From the NCBI RefSeq assembly GCF_006345805.1, contig NC_043010.1, forward strand, positions 47,492,001-47,556,000: a stretch of DNA of 64,000 nt. Reading direction: 5' to 3'. How positions within the stretch are numbered: the stretch's first letter is position 1; each line of letters opens with the position of its first letter. The notes beneath the pieces are model-generated. The model did no database searches, was not told where the DNA came from, and saw only the letters and a list, made by a program, of their open reading frames with translations. The DNA is from Octopus sinensis. Taxonomy: Eukaryota. Positions 24,501 through 37,588 of the stretch are shown piece after piece. Made by a program: the position numbers and the translations under genes.

Positions 24501-25454
24501 GAGTCACTAACTGACTGACCGACAGACAGACAAATAAATATATTAGAGCTAGTCAGGTAGAGTTAAAGTTAGAGATAGTTAGATGGAGTTAATGTTAGAG
24601 CTAGTCAGGGTAAATCAGATAGAGTTAATGTTAAAGCTAATCAGATTTCAAGCATTGATAGAATAAGTACTAGGCTTACAAAGAATAAGTCCTGGGGTTG
24701 ATTTGCTCGACTAAAGGTGGTGCTCCAGCATGGCCACAGTCAAATGACTGAAACAAGTAAAAGAGTAAAGAGTATCTTAAATAACAGAGTGCCAGCTATA
24801 CTCTCAAAAGTCAAATCCATATCACTCTATGTAGGTATCGTAGTTGATATAACTTCCCATAGAGTATTGTCAAGTGATTAAATGCCGTGTAATAACAAGC
24901 TCATTTTCTACTGTGGGGAAAGCAACTTTGAACAACCCTCTGTTTTATCCAGAGATTGCAAGATATTGCAAGAGGCAGCTAAGTTTCTTTCTCTGATGTT
25001 TAACATAGTTTAGCCTATGCAAGTGAATATGGGATAAACAAAATAGGAATTTTGAAAGAAGTGTATATAAAACTGGTTTTTAAACATTGAATAGCTCTAG
25101 GGGTCCACTGGAATAAAATAGCAATCAAAGGGGCCTGAAAAATGGTTGAGAACAACTAGACTAGATACATGCACAAGCTTCATGGGAATTTGTTTGAGGA
25201 CAGAAAATAATAAGTTGCACAGAAGCAAGAATGGCAAATTTTTTGGATATTTGGTGATAAGTAAATTTGGGAATAACTAATTATGTTGATTAAAATATTT
25301 ATTAACATAAAAGAGGGGAGGTGAGAGAGTTGCAGACAGTGCTAGCAATGATAGAAGATACAAACGATAAAGACAACCAAATAGTAAGTCATGTTGGATC
25401 TGGTTGGGTTTGTTTAAATGATAATAGTAGAAAGAAACAGATAGGTAGAAAGAA

Positions 25455-25505
<51 letters not shown>

Positions 25506-26045
25506 AGGAGTTTGTTTGAACAGATAGAAACAAGAGAAGGTGTTTTGTTTGAACAGGGTCAGCAATTAGAGACAAATTGAGGAATGTGCAAATAAGATAC
25601 AACTTATCTTCCAATGTTAAAATATGGGTTTAGACGCAGAAGAGATAAAAGCAAAAAGAATGAAGAAAAAAGTCATCATCATCATCATCATCATCATCAT
25701 ATTTTAGCATTCATTTTCATGCTGGAATAGGTTGAATGGTCTGGCAGGATCTGGCAAAGCTGTGGGGTTGTGCTGAGCTCCTGTGTCAGCTTTGGCATGT
25801 TTTCTATGGTTGGATGTCCTTCCTAACGCTAACCATCTTACTGTATGTAGTGGATGCGTTCTTTTTCTTTTTGTGCCACTGGCACTAGTGAAGTTGTCAA
25901 GTAAGTTGCAAGAAAAATGACTGGGAAAGGGGAAAAACCCTCATGATTGAGAAGGGGGGAGTTTTAGGGAGAGGTAGATGGTTTTATGCCAGTTGCTAAG
26001 AGATTGAAGTGATAGGTGGACAAACACAGGTGTCTTGCTATAGAA

Positions 26046-26270
26046 CAGTGGTTCTCAACAATTTTCTATTTATGGACCCATTTGATCCTTATCTTACTCC
26101 AGTGGACCCTCATAGCCACTCAGTGTTTAAAAAATCCTATTGTTTTTACCCTTAAATATTATTAGGAATTGTCTTTTAAAAAATATTTTATGCATTGTAG
26201 AAGCAGAACCAATTTATTGCACATAGATTTAAATAAAAAATTTTATATGGACCCCAGTTGAGAACCACTG
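26046..26270. mobile_element. hAT-like MITE
   Basis: TIR CAGTGGTTCTCAAC; TSD not recognisable. Confidence 0.6.
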
Positions 26271-26619
26271 TTATGGTTACCCCACATTATAACGTATATA
26301 AAGAGAAAAAGGAAGAAGGAAACTGAAAAAAAATGAATAAATGATGAAGAGATTAAGAGAAAGACAGAAAACAGATAAAAGAAGAAATGAAGAAGAGAAG
26401 AAGAAATCCGAAGAACAAAGAGGAATAAAGAACAAAAGAAAACAAAAACAAAACGAAAAATAACAATTAATGAAGAAGAAAGAGAAGGAGAAGAATTATG
26501 ACTACAAAAAAGGGGAAAGAAAAATAAGATGCTAATACCAATAATGATAATGGTGATGATGATGGAGCTTTCAACACTGCTTTATCAAAAGGATCAAACA
26601 GCTAACAGACTAAGGAGAA

Positions 26620-26648
26620 AGTCAAAGACTCACAACATTTCTTTTCTG

Positions 26649-26686
<38 letters not shown>

Positions 26687-27330
26687 CAGAAAAAAATTTC
26701 TGAGATGTGTGGTTTTTGTTAAGTGAGGTTTTGATGTTTGTGTTTCCAGCTTAGATATCTCTAAGTACATTTTGGTGCTGTTATCTTTCAAAATGTTATG
26801 TTTATTACTTTGACTACAATCTCAGCTTTCAAGATTTAACCATCCAGTATGTTTGCTGTATTTATTTCCTTAATATAGGTCTCTACATTTTGTAAGCAAG
26901 TTCACAGTTATATACATAGAATATATATTAAGCAATATATCTCACTATATTCAGTTTTCATGTTCTATTCTGGACTGGAAAAACTGCTTGTCTACACAAC
27001 AAATTGCCTATGGGGAAAGCTTGAACCTACGAGAAAACATCTATGTGTTCTCTCAATTTGACTTTGATATCTTAAGAATGGATGAATATAGTACATAATT
27101 CACTGGATAATATACTAAAGGTGGAAGCTGTTACAGTTAGAAAGTCGTGGGACAATAAAGATTTATCGCAGAGACCTGTATCAAGAAAATAAATACAGCA
27201 AACACACTGGATGGTTAAATCTTGAAAGCTGCGAAAGATAACAGCATCAAAATGTACTTAGAGATATCTAAACTGGAAACACAAACATCAAAACCTCACT
27301 TACTGAAAACCACACATCTCAAAAATCTTC
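26620..27330. repeat. Degenerate inverted repeat (~26695-26880 vs ~27170-27325) next to (TA)n
   Basis: Reverse-complement arms visible by eye; family unknown. Confidence 0.6.
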
Positions 27331-27509
27331 TCACCTCTGAAGACCTTCTATGAATTTAGATAACAAATCTAAACACAGCCACTTGACACATAAAATGCAT
27401 ATCAAGAAAAATAACCAATATGTACACATAAACATAGAATTATAACCAACCTGCAATACAGCATTAATGGTCTAAAAATCACTTTTATGTAACTATCATT
27501 ATCTCTTAC

Positions 27510-27596
27510 AGATATCATCTAGCACCATAGAAGAAAGAGGATGGCGTTGGACAAAACTCCAAGACATATTCAGATTTGTCCTCAGTTTGAATTGTA
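27510..27596 (-). CDS. Internal coding exon of unknown minus-strand gene (xQFKLRTNLNMSWSFVQRHPLSSMVLDDI)
   Basis: Acceptor gttgactctAG, donor T|GTAAGA; 87 nt, open frame, phase 1 to 1. Confidence 0.65.
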
Positions 27597-28614
27597 CTAG
27601 AGTCAACTACCACCACCATCGTCATTTATCATCATAATCTATTGTTTTCTGTTTCCAACAGTACAACCACTTCTGCCACCACCGTCACCACCATCACTAT
27701 CATCACTACCGACACTCCCGCCACCATCATCACTACCCCCATCACCATCTTCATCTATTATGCTTTCTATTTCCAACAGTTTTATCAGACTTTCTAACTG
27801 CACTGCTTGGTGCACCTCCATACACCTGAGGGGTTGTGCACAGCATTTGCCTTTTGGGGAAGGTTAGGACTGTAGGACTGTGTTTATTATGCTACGTTAG
27901 TTTTTGCCTATTTGTTAAGCTTTATTTTACTGTCCCTGGTGTTATTTTAGTGCAGGCTACGTGCAAAACTAGATATGTTATTTTGTCAGGTTCGATGGTT
28001 CTTTGTGTTTTATGTGTTGCTGTATGACTGCCAGTGGTATGTGCTTCAGTGTTAGGCAGTGATTGTATTGTATAGAGCTGTGTGGGTTATGTTGCATGAC
28101 TGGCTGTCAATTGTGTAGAATCTGAATTGTGTGAGTTGTTGGTTTTATATTGCATTGGATATTGATTTACTTAAGAGTGTATGTCTTGTCATTTTATTTT
28201 ACTGGGTAATTATTGTGCATCATATGTGTCGTGCTATATTGTTTGCAAGGCAGGCAATACATATTAAGCAAACTAAGTCATGATTTGGTGCACTAAAATC
28301 AGGAGGTGTCCCGAAAATACTTACACAAAATATTTTAATCCAATTCAAACATGGAAAGTTATTAGCGGAGAGAGCAAGCAAGGTCACGGTCTATCACTTG
28401 ATTTTCATCTTTTGCTTCTTGTTTCACACATTAGATTGTGGCAATGCTGGGGCATCACCTTGAAGGGATTTTAGTCGAATGAATTGACCCCAGTGCTAAT
28501 TTTTTTTAAAGCCTGGTACTTATTCTCTTGCTCAAGTAACTTTTACTTTAGCCTTGAGCTGACCAATTCCTCATCAGTCAATTTGGTAAATAAAAACTGT
28601 ATAGAAGCTTGTTG

Positions 28615-28657
<43 letters not shown>

Positions 28658-29436
28658 TGTGTGTCTATGTGTGTGTATGTGTGTACTGGGGATGATTTGC
28701 TTTAAGTTTCAGTCCGACTGAAACAAAAGATAAACAACAATGTTTTATGAACATTGCACATCAAGTCCTCCTTGGACATTACGTTGAATTCCATAACGCA
28801 ACTTTACAGAAAAATAATTTCTGGAAAGACTTCCGTCCGTACCCCCCCCCTACCATTTTCTCCCAAAATTGTTTCTCTTTGTAATTTTTTTTTTTTGCCA
28901 GAAATCCCCGTTTTTGGATACGGATGTTCCGGAAAATTGTCAAAAATCGGCATTTTGAAATTCCACCCCCCTCTCCCCCTACTTCTTCAATTTTGACTTT
29001 TTTTTCCCCCAACACTAACCTTAAAACCGTAAGTACAGAAATGTTTTGACATTTTTCTCCGAATCATGATGTCCATATTTTTCCGCATATTTATAAAATT
29101 AAATTAATTTAACAATTAAGGAAAAAAAAACGAAAGACTAAAATTTAGGGTTAGGGTGAGGGTTAGGGTTAGGGTTAGGATTAGTGACAGGATGTTGTCT
29201 CAGTTTTAGACGCAGCAAATGATTTTAGCTCACTCGAGGCGATTCATTGGTTAAAATTCGAAAAATTAAACTACGTTAAACAAACAAATTACAATTTTCT
29301 CAAGAAAGCCAAGAGAAAAAATGTTTTATTTTGACACATTCTACCAGTATACGAAGTTTTAAAGTGTTTAGTTAACTAGAAATTGTGTTGACATGTGCCG
29401 TTCAAAAGGAAAAGATCCTATATATATATATATATA

Positions 29437-29847
29437 TATATATAATAATAAATATTAGGGAATAAATCCAAATTTACAGGGAAAAAATCAGATTTAGGAT
29501 TAAATCGATTTTATAGTAAAATATTATAAAATATTATTCGAGACAAAACCACTATTTTGCAAAACAAACAAGGAAAGACTTAATCAATACATAAAATTTT
29601 AATAAATAGTCAAAAAAACCGCCACTACAATCGTTTCTTGTCTTGATCGACAATCTTCAGGTGGACTTCCAATAATTCAGTGTCAAATTAATAATTTGAC
29701 ACTGAATTATTGGAAGTCCACCTGAAGATTGTCGATCAAGACAAGAAACGATTGTAGTGGCGGTTTTTTTTACTATTTATTAAAATTTTATGTATTGATT
29801 AAGTCTTTCCTTGTTTGTTTTGCAAAATAGTGGTTTTGTCTCGAATA

Positions 29848-29857
<10 letters not shown>
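29437..29857. mobile_element. Near-perfect 165-bp-arm palindrome (29525-29689 / 29693-29857) of an HHR-bearing repeat (family 3) in (TA)n
   Basis: Arms are reverse complements with a 3-nt spacer; (TA)n lies on both sides. Confidence 0.85.
29718..29760 (+). ncRNA. Type I hammerhead ribozyme, family 3 (mirror copy 29622-29664 on minus)
   Basis: CCAC-CTGAAGA-TTGTC-GATCAA-GACAA-GAAAC-GATT-GTA/GTGG: all three stems and the core are intact. Confidence 0.85.
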
Positions 29858-29905
<48 letters not shown>

Positions 29906-30215
29906 CACACATGTATGTATGAATGTATGTATGTATGTATGTATGTATGTATAGTGATGCAAAACAGGAAAATAGAACTCAAAATATGAGTATGTGTATA
30001 TTTTTTATCAATATTTAGCAGAAGCAACAAAAGCCGAGAGTTTAGTACGGTCCTTGAGTCAATCTGTTGCTTCAGCTAAATATTAATAAAATGTGTGTGT
30101 GTGTGTGTGTGTCCGGCCATTTAAGTCTGACACGCTTTATAGGTGAGAAACGAATTGTCACTCTCTGACCAACCATAACAGACAACCGTGCAATCTTCAT
30201 TCTCGAAGCCATTTC

Positions 30216-30307
30216 GGCGGAGGTAAAGAATACGTACACCACCCGTTTTCGATGTAACAAAAACCCTAACCCATAAACACCAGGTGTACATATTCTCTAT
30301 TTTCGCT
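30216..30307. mobile_element. Family B ~100-bp telomeric MITE (other copies 35944-36047 and 38936-39044)
   Basis: TIR GGCG(G/A)A(G/A)GTAAAGAATACGTACAC; perfect 8-bp TSD gccatttc here, degenerate TSDs at the other copies; central TTAGGG repeats. Confidence 0.85.
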
Positions 30308-30892
30308 GCCATTTCATTTGATTTACAATGCCAATGAATAAACGTTAAGACTTTCGTCTCTAGAAATCTGAAGACATGCGTCTGTGTCGGCAATCAATAA
30401 ACGGTGTCTTTCTAAACCGAAAGATATCCTATTTCGTTTTCATGAGCTGGAGAGATTGTGTAAAGTCAACTGAATCAATCCCAGTGCCTTAGTTGTACCT
30501 ATTTACATAGTGTGAACAAGACTGGAACTTGGAAATGTGATACGGAAGTTTGCAATGATAACCAGAGCGTCTGACAAAATGACGTGCAGTATTAAGTTAC
30601 TACCTATTTATGATGTAAGTGTTCAAATCTCATCGAGGTCGACTTTACAAATGTCAATAAAGCAAAACCAGTCGAGTGCTGAAATTGATTTATACTCTAC
30701 AAGGCATCCTAGATGTGAATGGAATTATAATAGGAGACAAGAAACAGACCGAACCAGAGAAAGTACAACATTCGTAACAGTACTTCACATGTAGATAATT
30801 TCTACTACTTTTGATTTTAATTAGAAACTGTATTAAAATCTACATTTACTTAAGCAAATGGCGAAAACAAAATTAAAAAAAAAAAAACTTAC

Positions 30893-30960
30893 AGCGAGTA
30901 TCGAAAGTTTGCGTGCCTTTAAAATTAGCTCAAAGTTCGGAAAGAGAAAAAAACGAACGC
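30893..30960 (-). promoter_or_regulatory. Candidate non-coding first exon / TSS region of the minus-strand gene
   Basis: CpG-retaining unique sequence ending in donor GCT|GTAAGT, near where repeat CpG decay changes. Confidence 0.3.
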
Positions 30961-31055
30961 TTTGATGTCATAACGCTATTGTTACATAATAGCGTTTCTT
31001 TTGGCTTTACGTTCTCAATTCAAATTCCGCCGAGGTCGACTCTGCCTTTCATCCA

Positions 31056-32562
31056 ATTTCTTTATTAGCCACAAGGGCCCAAACATAGAGGGGGACAATA
31101 TAGCCTGATTGGGGTCAGACACACAATGATTATATGACTTTCAAAATTTTACAAAATATAATGAAATCGAATGAAATCGAATGAGATACAATAAGGAAAA
31201 AATACAAACATGAAATGAAGCAAAGAGATGGGTTACGCTCCGGCCTCACGAACCCCATTCTCCTACTGGAACCTTTGTATACAGACTTATGACATGTTGA
31301 CGAGGAATCTTTCATTCCCAGCACCCTCACAACATGCAACCATCTTTCTTTGAACATTTTCTTTGACAGGCATCTTCTCTCCAGCTTCACCTTCCTTTTA
31401 AGGTGGAAGATAAAAAAATCTCACCAACCCAAGACCGGAGATGAGGTTGCCTGTCGCCAAACCTTTCATTCGCGACTTCCATACCACCTCTTTCACCATT
31501 GCTTCTACTGCAAGAAAACATTGCTTACCTTCTTTCGTGAGGAAATCGGACGTGTCAATTTTTATGATTGACTCAGACGACAGCTGTACTCTTCCCGAAC
31601 CTGACAGCAGATGTTCTGCATAAACCCACACTTCAGACACTCCCAGACACTGAACAATAGCGTGCAGGACGGTTTCCCTATCCTGCCCGCATCTTGGACA
31701 GTCGGCAGTGCTAGTTCGACCGTGTCGTGCGAGCTTATCCCGAACGGGTAAGGCTTCTCGGTAACATTGCCAGGCCAGGGATTTTTGGAAATTATCCAAA
31801 CACCTTGGCCCGAACGTCTTTCGGAACAGACTGTCTAACTGGTTATCTCCGAGACCTAGGGTCTCCCCTAGGGTATCGTCGTTCCCAGCCTCTACCAACC
31901 TGCTATAGAAAGATGTGGTGTTACCAAAACCGCTGGCATTACCCGAGCGATGGAACTGTAGGAGTGCTTTACGGCACTCCGTAAACCAAGTACCCAACCT
32001 CGATCTACGAAGGAACCAGCTTTCTTGTCCACTAAAACTAGTGAACCTGGGAAACATCCGTTTCGCGAGTGGTGACTACACCTGTTCACCATTCAGGAGT
32101 AGCTAGAGATGCCTCAGCCTCAGCGCATGTTTGCGCATCAACAGCCAAGACATCCCCAGTCCTCTATTCAACGACTTCCGGCAGCAGATAGAACGCCTCA
32201 CAAGAGGAGTGGTGCCTTTCCACAAAAAGCGGAAGATCTGCCTCTCCAACTTGCTTAACCACGAACCGGGACAGGACACGACGGTTAGGCGGTAAATGAT
32301 GACCGATGCGATAAACACATTGGCCACCTCTGCCCTCCCTTTCAAGGATAGCCACCTCCAAGACCAGGTCTTGACTATGCAGGTCACCTTGCTCGATACC
32401 TCTGTCCAGTTCTTTTCTACCTGGAGGTCTGGTCCAAACTAAACTCCTAGCAGCTTAACCGGGCCCTCCGTCCAACGTCCCACGACGCTATCCGAAGGTA
32501 TCGACTTGCCCTTCCAGGTGCCGAGTTGCAAGCCGACTGACTTTTCCCGTTTATTCTTTGCC
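31056..32562 (-). mobile_element. 5'-truncated Tx1/L1-clade LINE (RT C-terminus, zf-RVT-like region, 3' UTR)
   Basis: LGVxFGPDLQVEKNW, LSLKGRAEVANVFIASVIIYRL, GLGMSWL, WQCYREALPVRDKL..CPRCGQDRETVLHAIVQC; frameshifted. Confidence 0.85.
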
Positions 32563-32564
32563 TT

Positions 32565-32696
32565 GGATCTGTTCGGTTTGAACGGCAGTTTTTTCTAGCG
32601 GTGTCATATGAAATTGTCACCCATAATTATGACCCTAGTATCGATCTATTGCATTTCAATCTGTTTTACAAACTGCTGTTCAAACCGAAAAGATCC
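32565..32696. mobile_element. ~130-bp internally deleted family A derivative at the 5' junction of the Tx1-like LINE
   Basis: Both GGATC..GAACGGCAG TIRs are retained; no TSD. Confidence 0.75.
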
Positions 32697-34392
32697 GTGA
32701 CATAATTTAGTATGGAATGCTGAGTAGATCTAATATGAAGTTGAAGGCGCTAACTTTTTATAACCGCAAGCCAAATTTTCCAGAACCATCGATCAAGTTA
32801 TTTGGTGAGAAAACTCGCACACTCCTTTTGAAGTTTACCGCATCGACCATAACAAGTCAGCCAGTGATGATTGGTCGAGCTATATTCGCATAGGCATCGA
32901 TGCCATTTTATAGCGACACATTGCTTTTTTATGATGATTCAGTAGGTCGAGGTTCTGAACTGTGAAAGTCAGAGTGATGGTTAAAAACTTAGCAGAAGCC
33001 TCGCTACAGTTCTATCGCTGTTATTAGTGTCTAGCTCCAGACCAGATTTGATCCCGCAAGCATATAGTCAAAAGTACTGATCTTTGATCAGTGGCGGCGC
33101 CAGTGTTTTTTGCCAACTTGAGTAAGATTCAGCTAGAAAACTACGAAGACAGGCAAAATTTATGTAATACTCACCATATCGATGTTGTTACACACTGCTG
33201 GTCACAATGCGCTTTCTCAAATTGCCGTAAGCTTTAGAATGATGCCCCTGCTGGTTAGGCGGACAGGCCAACATACCCGCTGAATGGGACACCAGCTCCC
33301 CGCAGGGGTTATCCATTTACTGCTGAGTGAACTGGAACAACGTGAAATGAAGTTTTTTTTTCCTCAAAAACACAAAGCACCGCCGGACTGAGAATAGAAA
33401 CCACGATCTTGTGGTCATGAAGGCAAAATCTTAACCATTAGGCCCCGTGCTTTCACATAAGTAATTAAATATGTATGTAATAAACCAAATTCAGTCATAA
33501 TTAACGAGCAAATTATATAAGTAAAAGTATGAGTTGTTTTTTTTAATAAATGTCTTCCATTACCGAGAAGAAACATTCTCAGCAGTCAATGTTGTCGGGA
33601 CGGCCGAGTTCATCGACGAAAACCTCAGTAAGTCGGTAAGGGCCATTGCTAAGCAGCCTAAGGTAGCGAAATCCACTATCAGATGTAATCAAGAAAGGGT
33701 TGTTCATGTCGTTACATCAGATCGAAGTGCTTTCTAAACTAGAAATACATTCTCTGGTGTTTTCCAACGAGAAGAAATTCGTTCATGAAAAATAGCAGTT
33801 AAGAGACTGGACAATTTAAGTTCTATTGCCATGAATAGACCGAAAATATTAAAAATAAAAAACCCATCCATCGATTCACCGCGAAATACCGAAACTGGAG
33901 AATTGATGTTGTGTAAGTTATATTACTGCAATAGATGTTGCAATCTTTCTTGTCTCGTTCTTAAAATAATTACAAAATTATTGTAAATTCGCGATTATAT
34001 CATATTCTTTTTACTTAGTCTAACTTTGCAACGATGTCTCATTCATGTCTAATTGTTGTAACTTTGCAATTTAACTGAGAAGAATTTGAATTTGGTTTAT
34101 TACATAAAATTGTATGTAGGCGTCCCAGCTACACAGTTCCGAGCTCAGTTCTACAGCATAGCACATTGGGCAAGAGTCTTCTACCATAGATCCGAATTGA
34201 CCAAAGACTTGTGAGTGGATTTGGTAGATGGAAATTGAAAGACGCCCGTTGTATGTGTGTGCGTGGTTCAAATGTAAAAAAGGAGAGACAGAGACAGGTG
34301 AAGGAACAAGGTGCATTAGTTTCACGCTCAGGAAAAAAGGAAGAGTCTAACGTTTCGAGCCTGCGTTCTTCTATAGAAAGGAGCGAGGAAAG

Positions 34393-34445
<53 letters not shown>

Positions 34446-35249
34446 GTATGTGTGAGTGTGTGTGTGTGGTATGTGAGTGTGTGTCTGTTCTTGTTTGTCC
34501 CCCATCACTGCTTGACAACTAGTGAGTACTGGTTTTGATTGTTCGGAGGAACCTCTCAAGACGATGTCCGTCATAGCCACAGTCTCAATGATTAAAAGAA
34601 GTAAAAGATAAAAGATATCTCTTACATAAGCTTTGCTCGTCCTCATAGTTTTCTGGCGGAACCTTACCCACGTTGGTGCAAAATAGTAACATCGTCTGAG
34701 TTTGTAGCTTGAAGGCTTTTTAAAAATTTTATACGTAAGAATCCTATCGAATATGATATTGGTTTCAACTTTGGGTACAAAGCCAGCAAGTTTGGGAAAA
34801 TGAGTAAATCGATTACATTGATCCTTACTCTCAACTGGTACTTGTTTTATCGATCTCGAAAAGATAAAAAGTAAAGTCGACCTCAGAACGTAAAGACGGA
34901 CGAAATGCCTTTAAGCATTTTACCCGGCGTGCTAACGGTTCTGCCAGCTCGCTGCCCTCCTATCAAATATTATACTGATTTCAAATTTTGGCACACAAGA
35001 CCAGCAAGTTTGTGGGAGGCGGGCAAGTTGATTACATCGATCCCAGTTCTCACCTGGTACTTATTTTATCGACCCAGTTAAGATGAAAGGCAAAGTCAAC
35101 CTCGGCGGAATTTGAACTTAAAAAGTAAAGGCGGACGAAATGCCGCTAAAAATTCTGCCACCTCCCTATCGAATATCATATTAAATTATTAATTTAATAA
35201 GTTAGAACCGATACATAGGTAATTTACATTTTAGGTTAAACACAATCCC

Positions 35250-35540
35250 CTAATTTTGCGATACTTTTCTGAAATTGATCTGGCCACTGACTGATGATAG
35301 TTTAGAATTATTTGATGAAGAAAATAATTATCTGAAGAAAAATTGGTTCCTACACCCAGTGATGAAGGACTAAAGATCAAATATGAGAAGGTATCTCTTG
35401 AAATGTTTTGGTTTTCCATCACCAAATATTCATCAAAAAGCACTGGAAAATCTTTGTCTATTTTGATCCATTTTTCAACATATTTGTGGAATAATATGTT
35501 CTTCCTACCATCATTGAATGCCAAAATACCAATATAAATA
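35250..35540 (+). mobile_element. Decayed hAT (Charlie/Buster-like) transposase C-terminal remnant
   Basis: SDEGLKIKYEKVSLEMFW..SILIHFSTYLW resembles the hAT dimerisation region. Confidence 0.55.
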
Positions 35541-36721
35541 AAATACAGGGCCATCTTAGCAGCATTATAAACATTTCTCTGCACCCGGATAAATCAATGC
35601 ATTGGACCCAATACTATTCAGTTAATGATAGCAAGCCACGGCATACACAGATTAGAATTGGGTCGCCAGACCCATGAGGCCCCCCGGGAAAATAAATGCA
35701 ATGGGCCCTATATTATTTATTGACAATAAGCCACAGCATACACAAATTAGAATTGGTTCCCATATCCGCGAGGCCCAGGGCAACTAAGACAGGCACTGAC
35801 AACAGAGTGACAGCAGAGCGAGAGAAAGAGATATTAAATACATTGAAGAAATGAATGTCTGTTTATCGCACACATGAGTCTCAACTGAGAAAAATATAAA
35901 TAAAAGAATATCAAGCTTATATTTCTCGCAAGTCTGATCATTAGGCGAAAGTAAAGAATACGTACACTCGGTGTTTAGGGTTAGGGTTTAGGGTTAGTGT
36001 TTTTGTTGAGCCGAAAAGGGGTGGTGTACGTATTCTTTACCTCCGCTAATTATTAAATAAGCAAAAAAAATTTCTAGGTTTTTAATGTTAAAGACGGTTT
36101 CTAAACTTTTCAGTGAATTTCACCAGTAATTTTTCTTATTTGGTCTCCAATGTGTGTCACCAAGACAAAACACCGAAAACTACTTGTTTATACTAACTAT
36201 ATAGATCCGCATTTATCACAATGATTGAGATAATTAAATATATTAATTCTGAGACAATGAAACCTGAAACTATAACACACACGCAAAAACTTAGATATTT
36301 TTAAATCGCAGTCTCAATACATTGCAATAAAATTTTTTAACAGAGTACAACAAACACCCCCAAATAAACATATGTACACAAGTCAAATCATACAGGTACA
36401 GCACAGACTGATCGTGACACAAGAGCAGGCATGTTAGGCTACTTGACTTCTCTTCTCCCTCCTCTATCTCTCTTTCGCCTTCTTTCTTTTCCTGTTGCTT
36501 TTCCCGTCCGCCAATCACTTCATTTCTTTCTCTCTCTCTGGCTGTCAGACCAACAGTCACCTCATGGAAATCATCAGGTGGGTATACGCTCACTGAACCT
36601 AAGTTTAACTATGTGGAGTTGCCAAGGAAGAAACAAAAATAGATAAGGAAGACAAAGAGAGATTGTAAACGGATTACTCTTATGCCATCCTCATCGAAAT
36701 TGATTTGTTTTTACTTTTAAC

Positions 36722-37019
36722 ATGTATTGTGGAACCGTTTTGTTTTTTGCGGTAAAATGTTTACTTCTTTTTATGTTGTTTTCATCGATCGATGTAAATG
36801 GATTTATCTCTGGCTCGAAGAAAAGAGCAGCGAAGAAACGTCTAGTCGATTATCAAATTTCTGGATACATTAACCTTTCCTCAGAAATCCCCGGGACACC
36901 TGATCTGCCTGTAGAGGAAATTATGCTGCAAACCAATGGGATTTTTAAAAACGATACTAAAATAACGAAGGATTTGGTTACGAAAAATGCTTCTCACAAG
37001 TCCGATTCACACATTCCAG
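36722..37019 (+). CDS. Exon 1 of a putative secreted protein (signal peptide MYCGTVLFFAVKCLLLFMLFSSIDVNG, then basic KKR sites)
   Basis: ATG, 99 open codons in non-repetitive sequence, hydrophobic N-terminus, donor CCAG|GTATGT (phase 1). Confidence 0.8.
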
Positions 37020-37330
37020 GTATGTTTGTTATTTTGGCATAAGTCTTGTTGGTGCACCACCCCTTCTGGCTTTGTTTCTTTATGACTTTCTTAATAATAA
37101 TAATAATGATAATAATAATAATAATAATAATAATATAATAATAATAATAATAATATATCCATATAGGATCATACAAACTATAGAATTTTCTCAATAAAGC
37201 CAAGAGAAAATGATGTTTTATAAACACATTCTACCAGTATACGAAGTTTAAAATTCTTTAGTTACCTAGAAATTATGTTACAAACTGCCGTTCAAACCGA
37301 AAAGATCCATAAGATCCTATATGGGGATAT

Positions 37331-37390
<60 letters not shown>

Positions 37391-37476
37391 GTAGGTCCCG
37401 GGTTGAGTCGGGGTTAACCACAGTAAATAAGGTACTCAATACATAGCAGAGTAAATTAATTTATTTTATAGAAGGA

Positions 37477-37525
37477 GCTTCTACAGGACTAGAACTGTTT
37501 CATTCAAAAGAAATCATCAGGAAGC
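37477..37525 (-). ncRNA. Type I hammerhead ribozyme, family 4, in a short fold-back insert (37386-37557) flanked by (TA)n
   Basis: GCTTC-CTGATGA-TTTC-TTTT-GAAT-GAAACAG-TTCTAGTC-CTGTA/GAAGC; the first stem II pair is mismatched. Confidence 0.7.
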
Positions 37526-37555
37526 AGTTCTAGTCCTGTAGAAGCTCCTTCTATA

Positions 37556-37588
<33 letters not shown>

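Noticed and set aside
29146-29180. TTAGGG arrays as a true telomere or chromosome-fusion scar
   Set aside because: All arrays are short and enclosed by TIRs of dispersed elements.
34340-34385. GGCTC-GAAACGTT-AGA on minus, resembling the right half of an HHR
   Set aside because: The upstream core reads ATAGAAGA rather than CTGANGA; at best a dead remnant.
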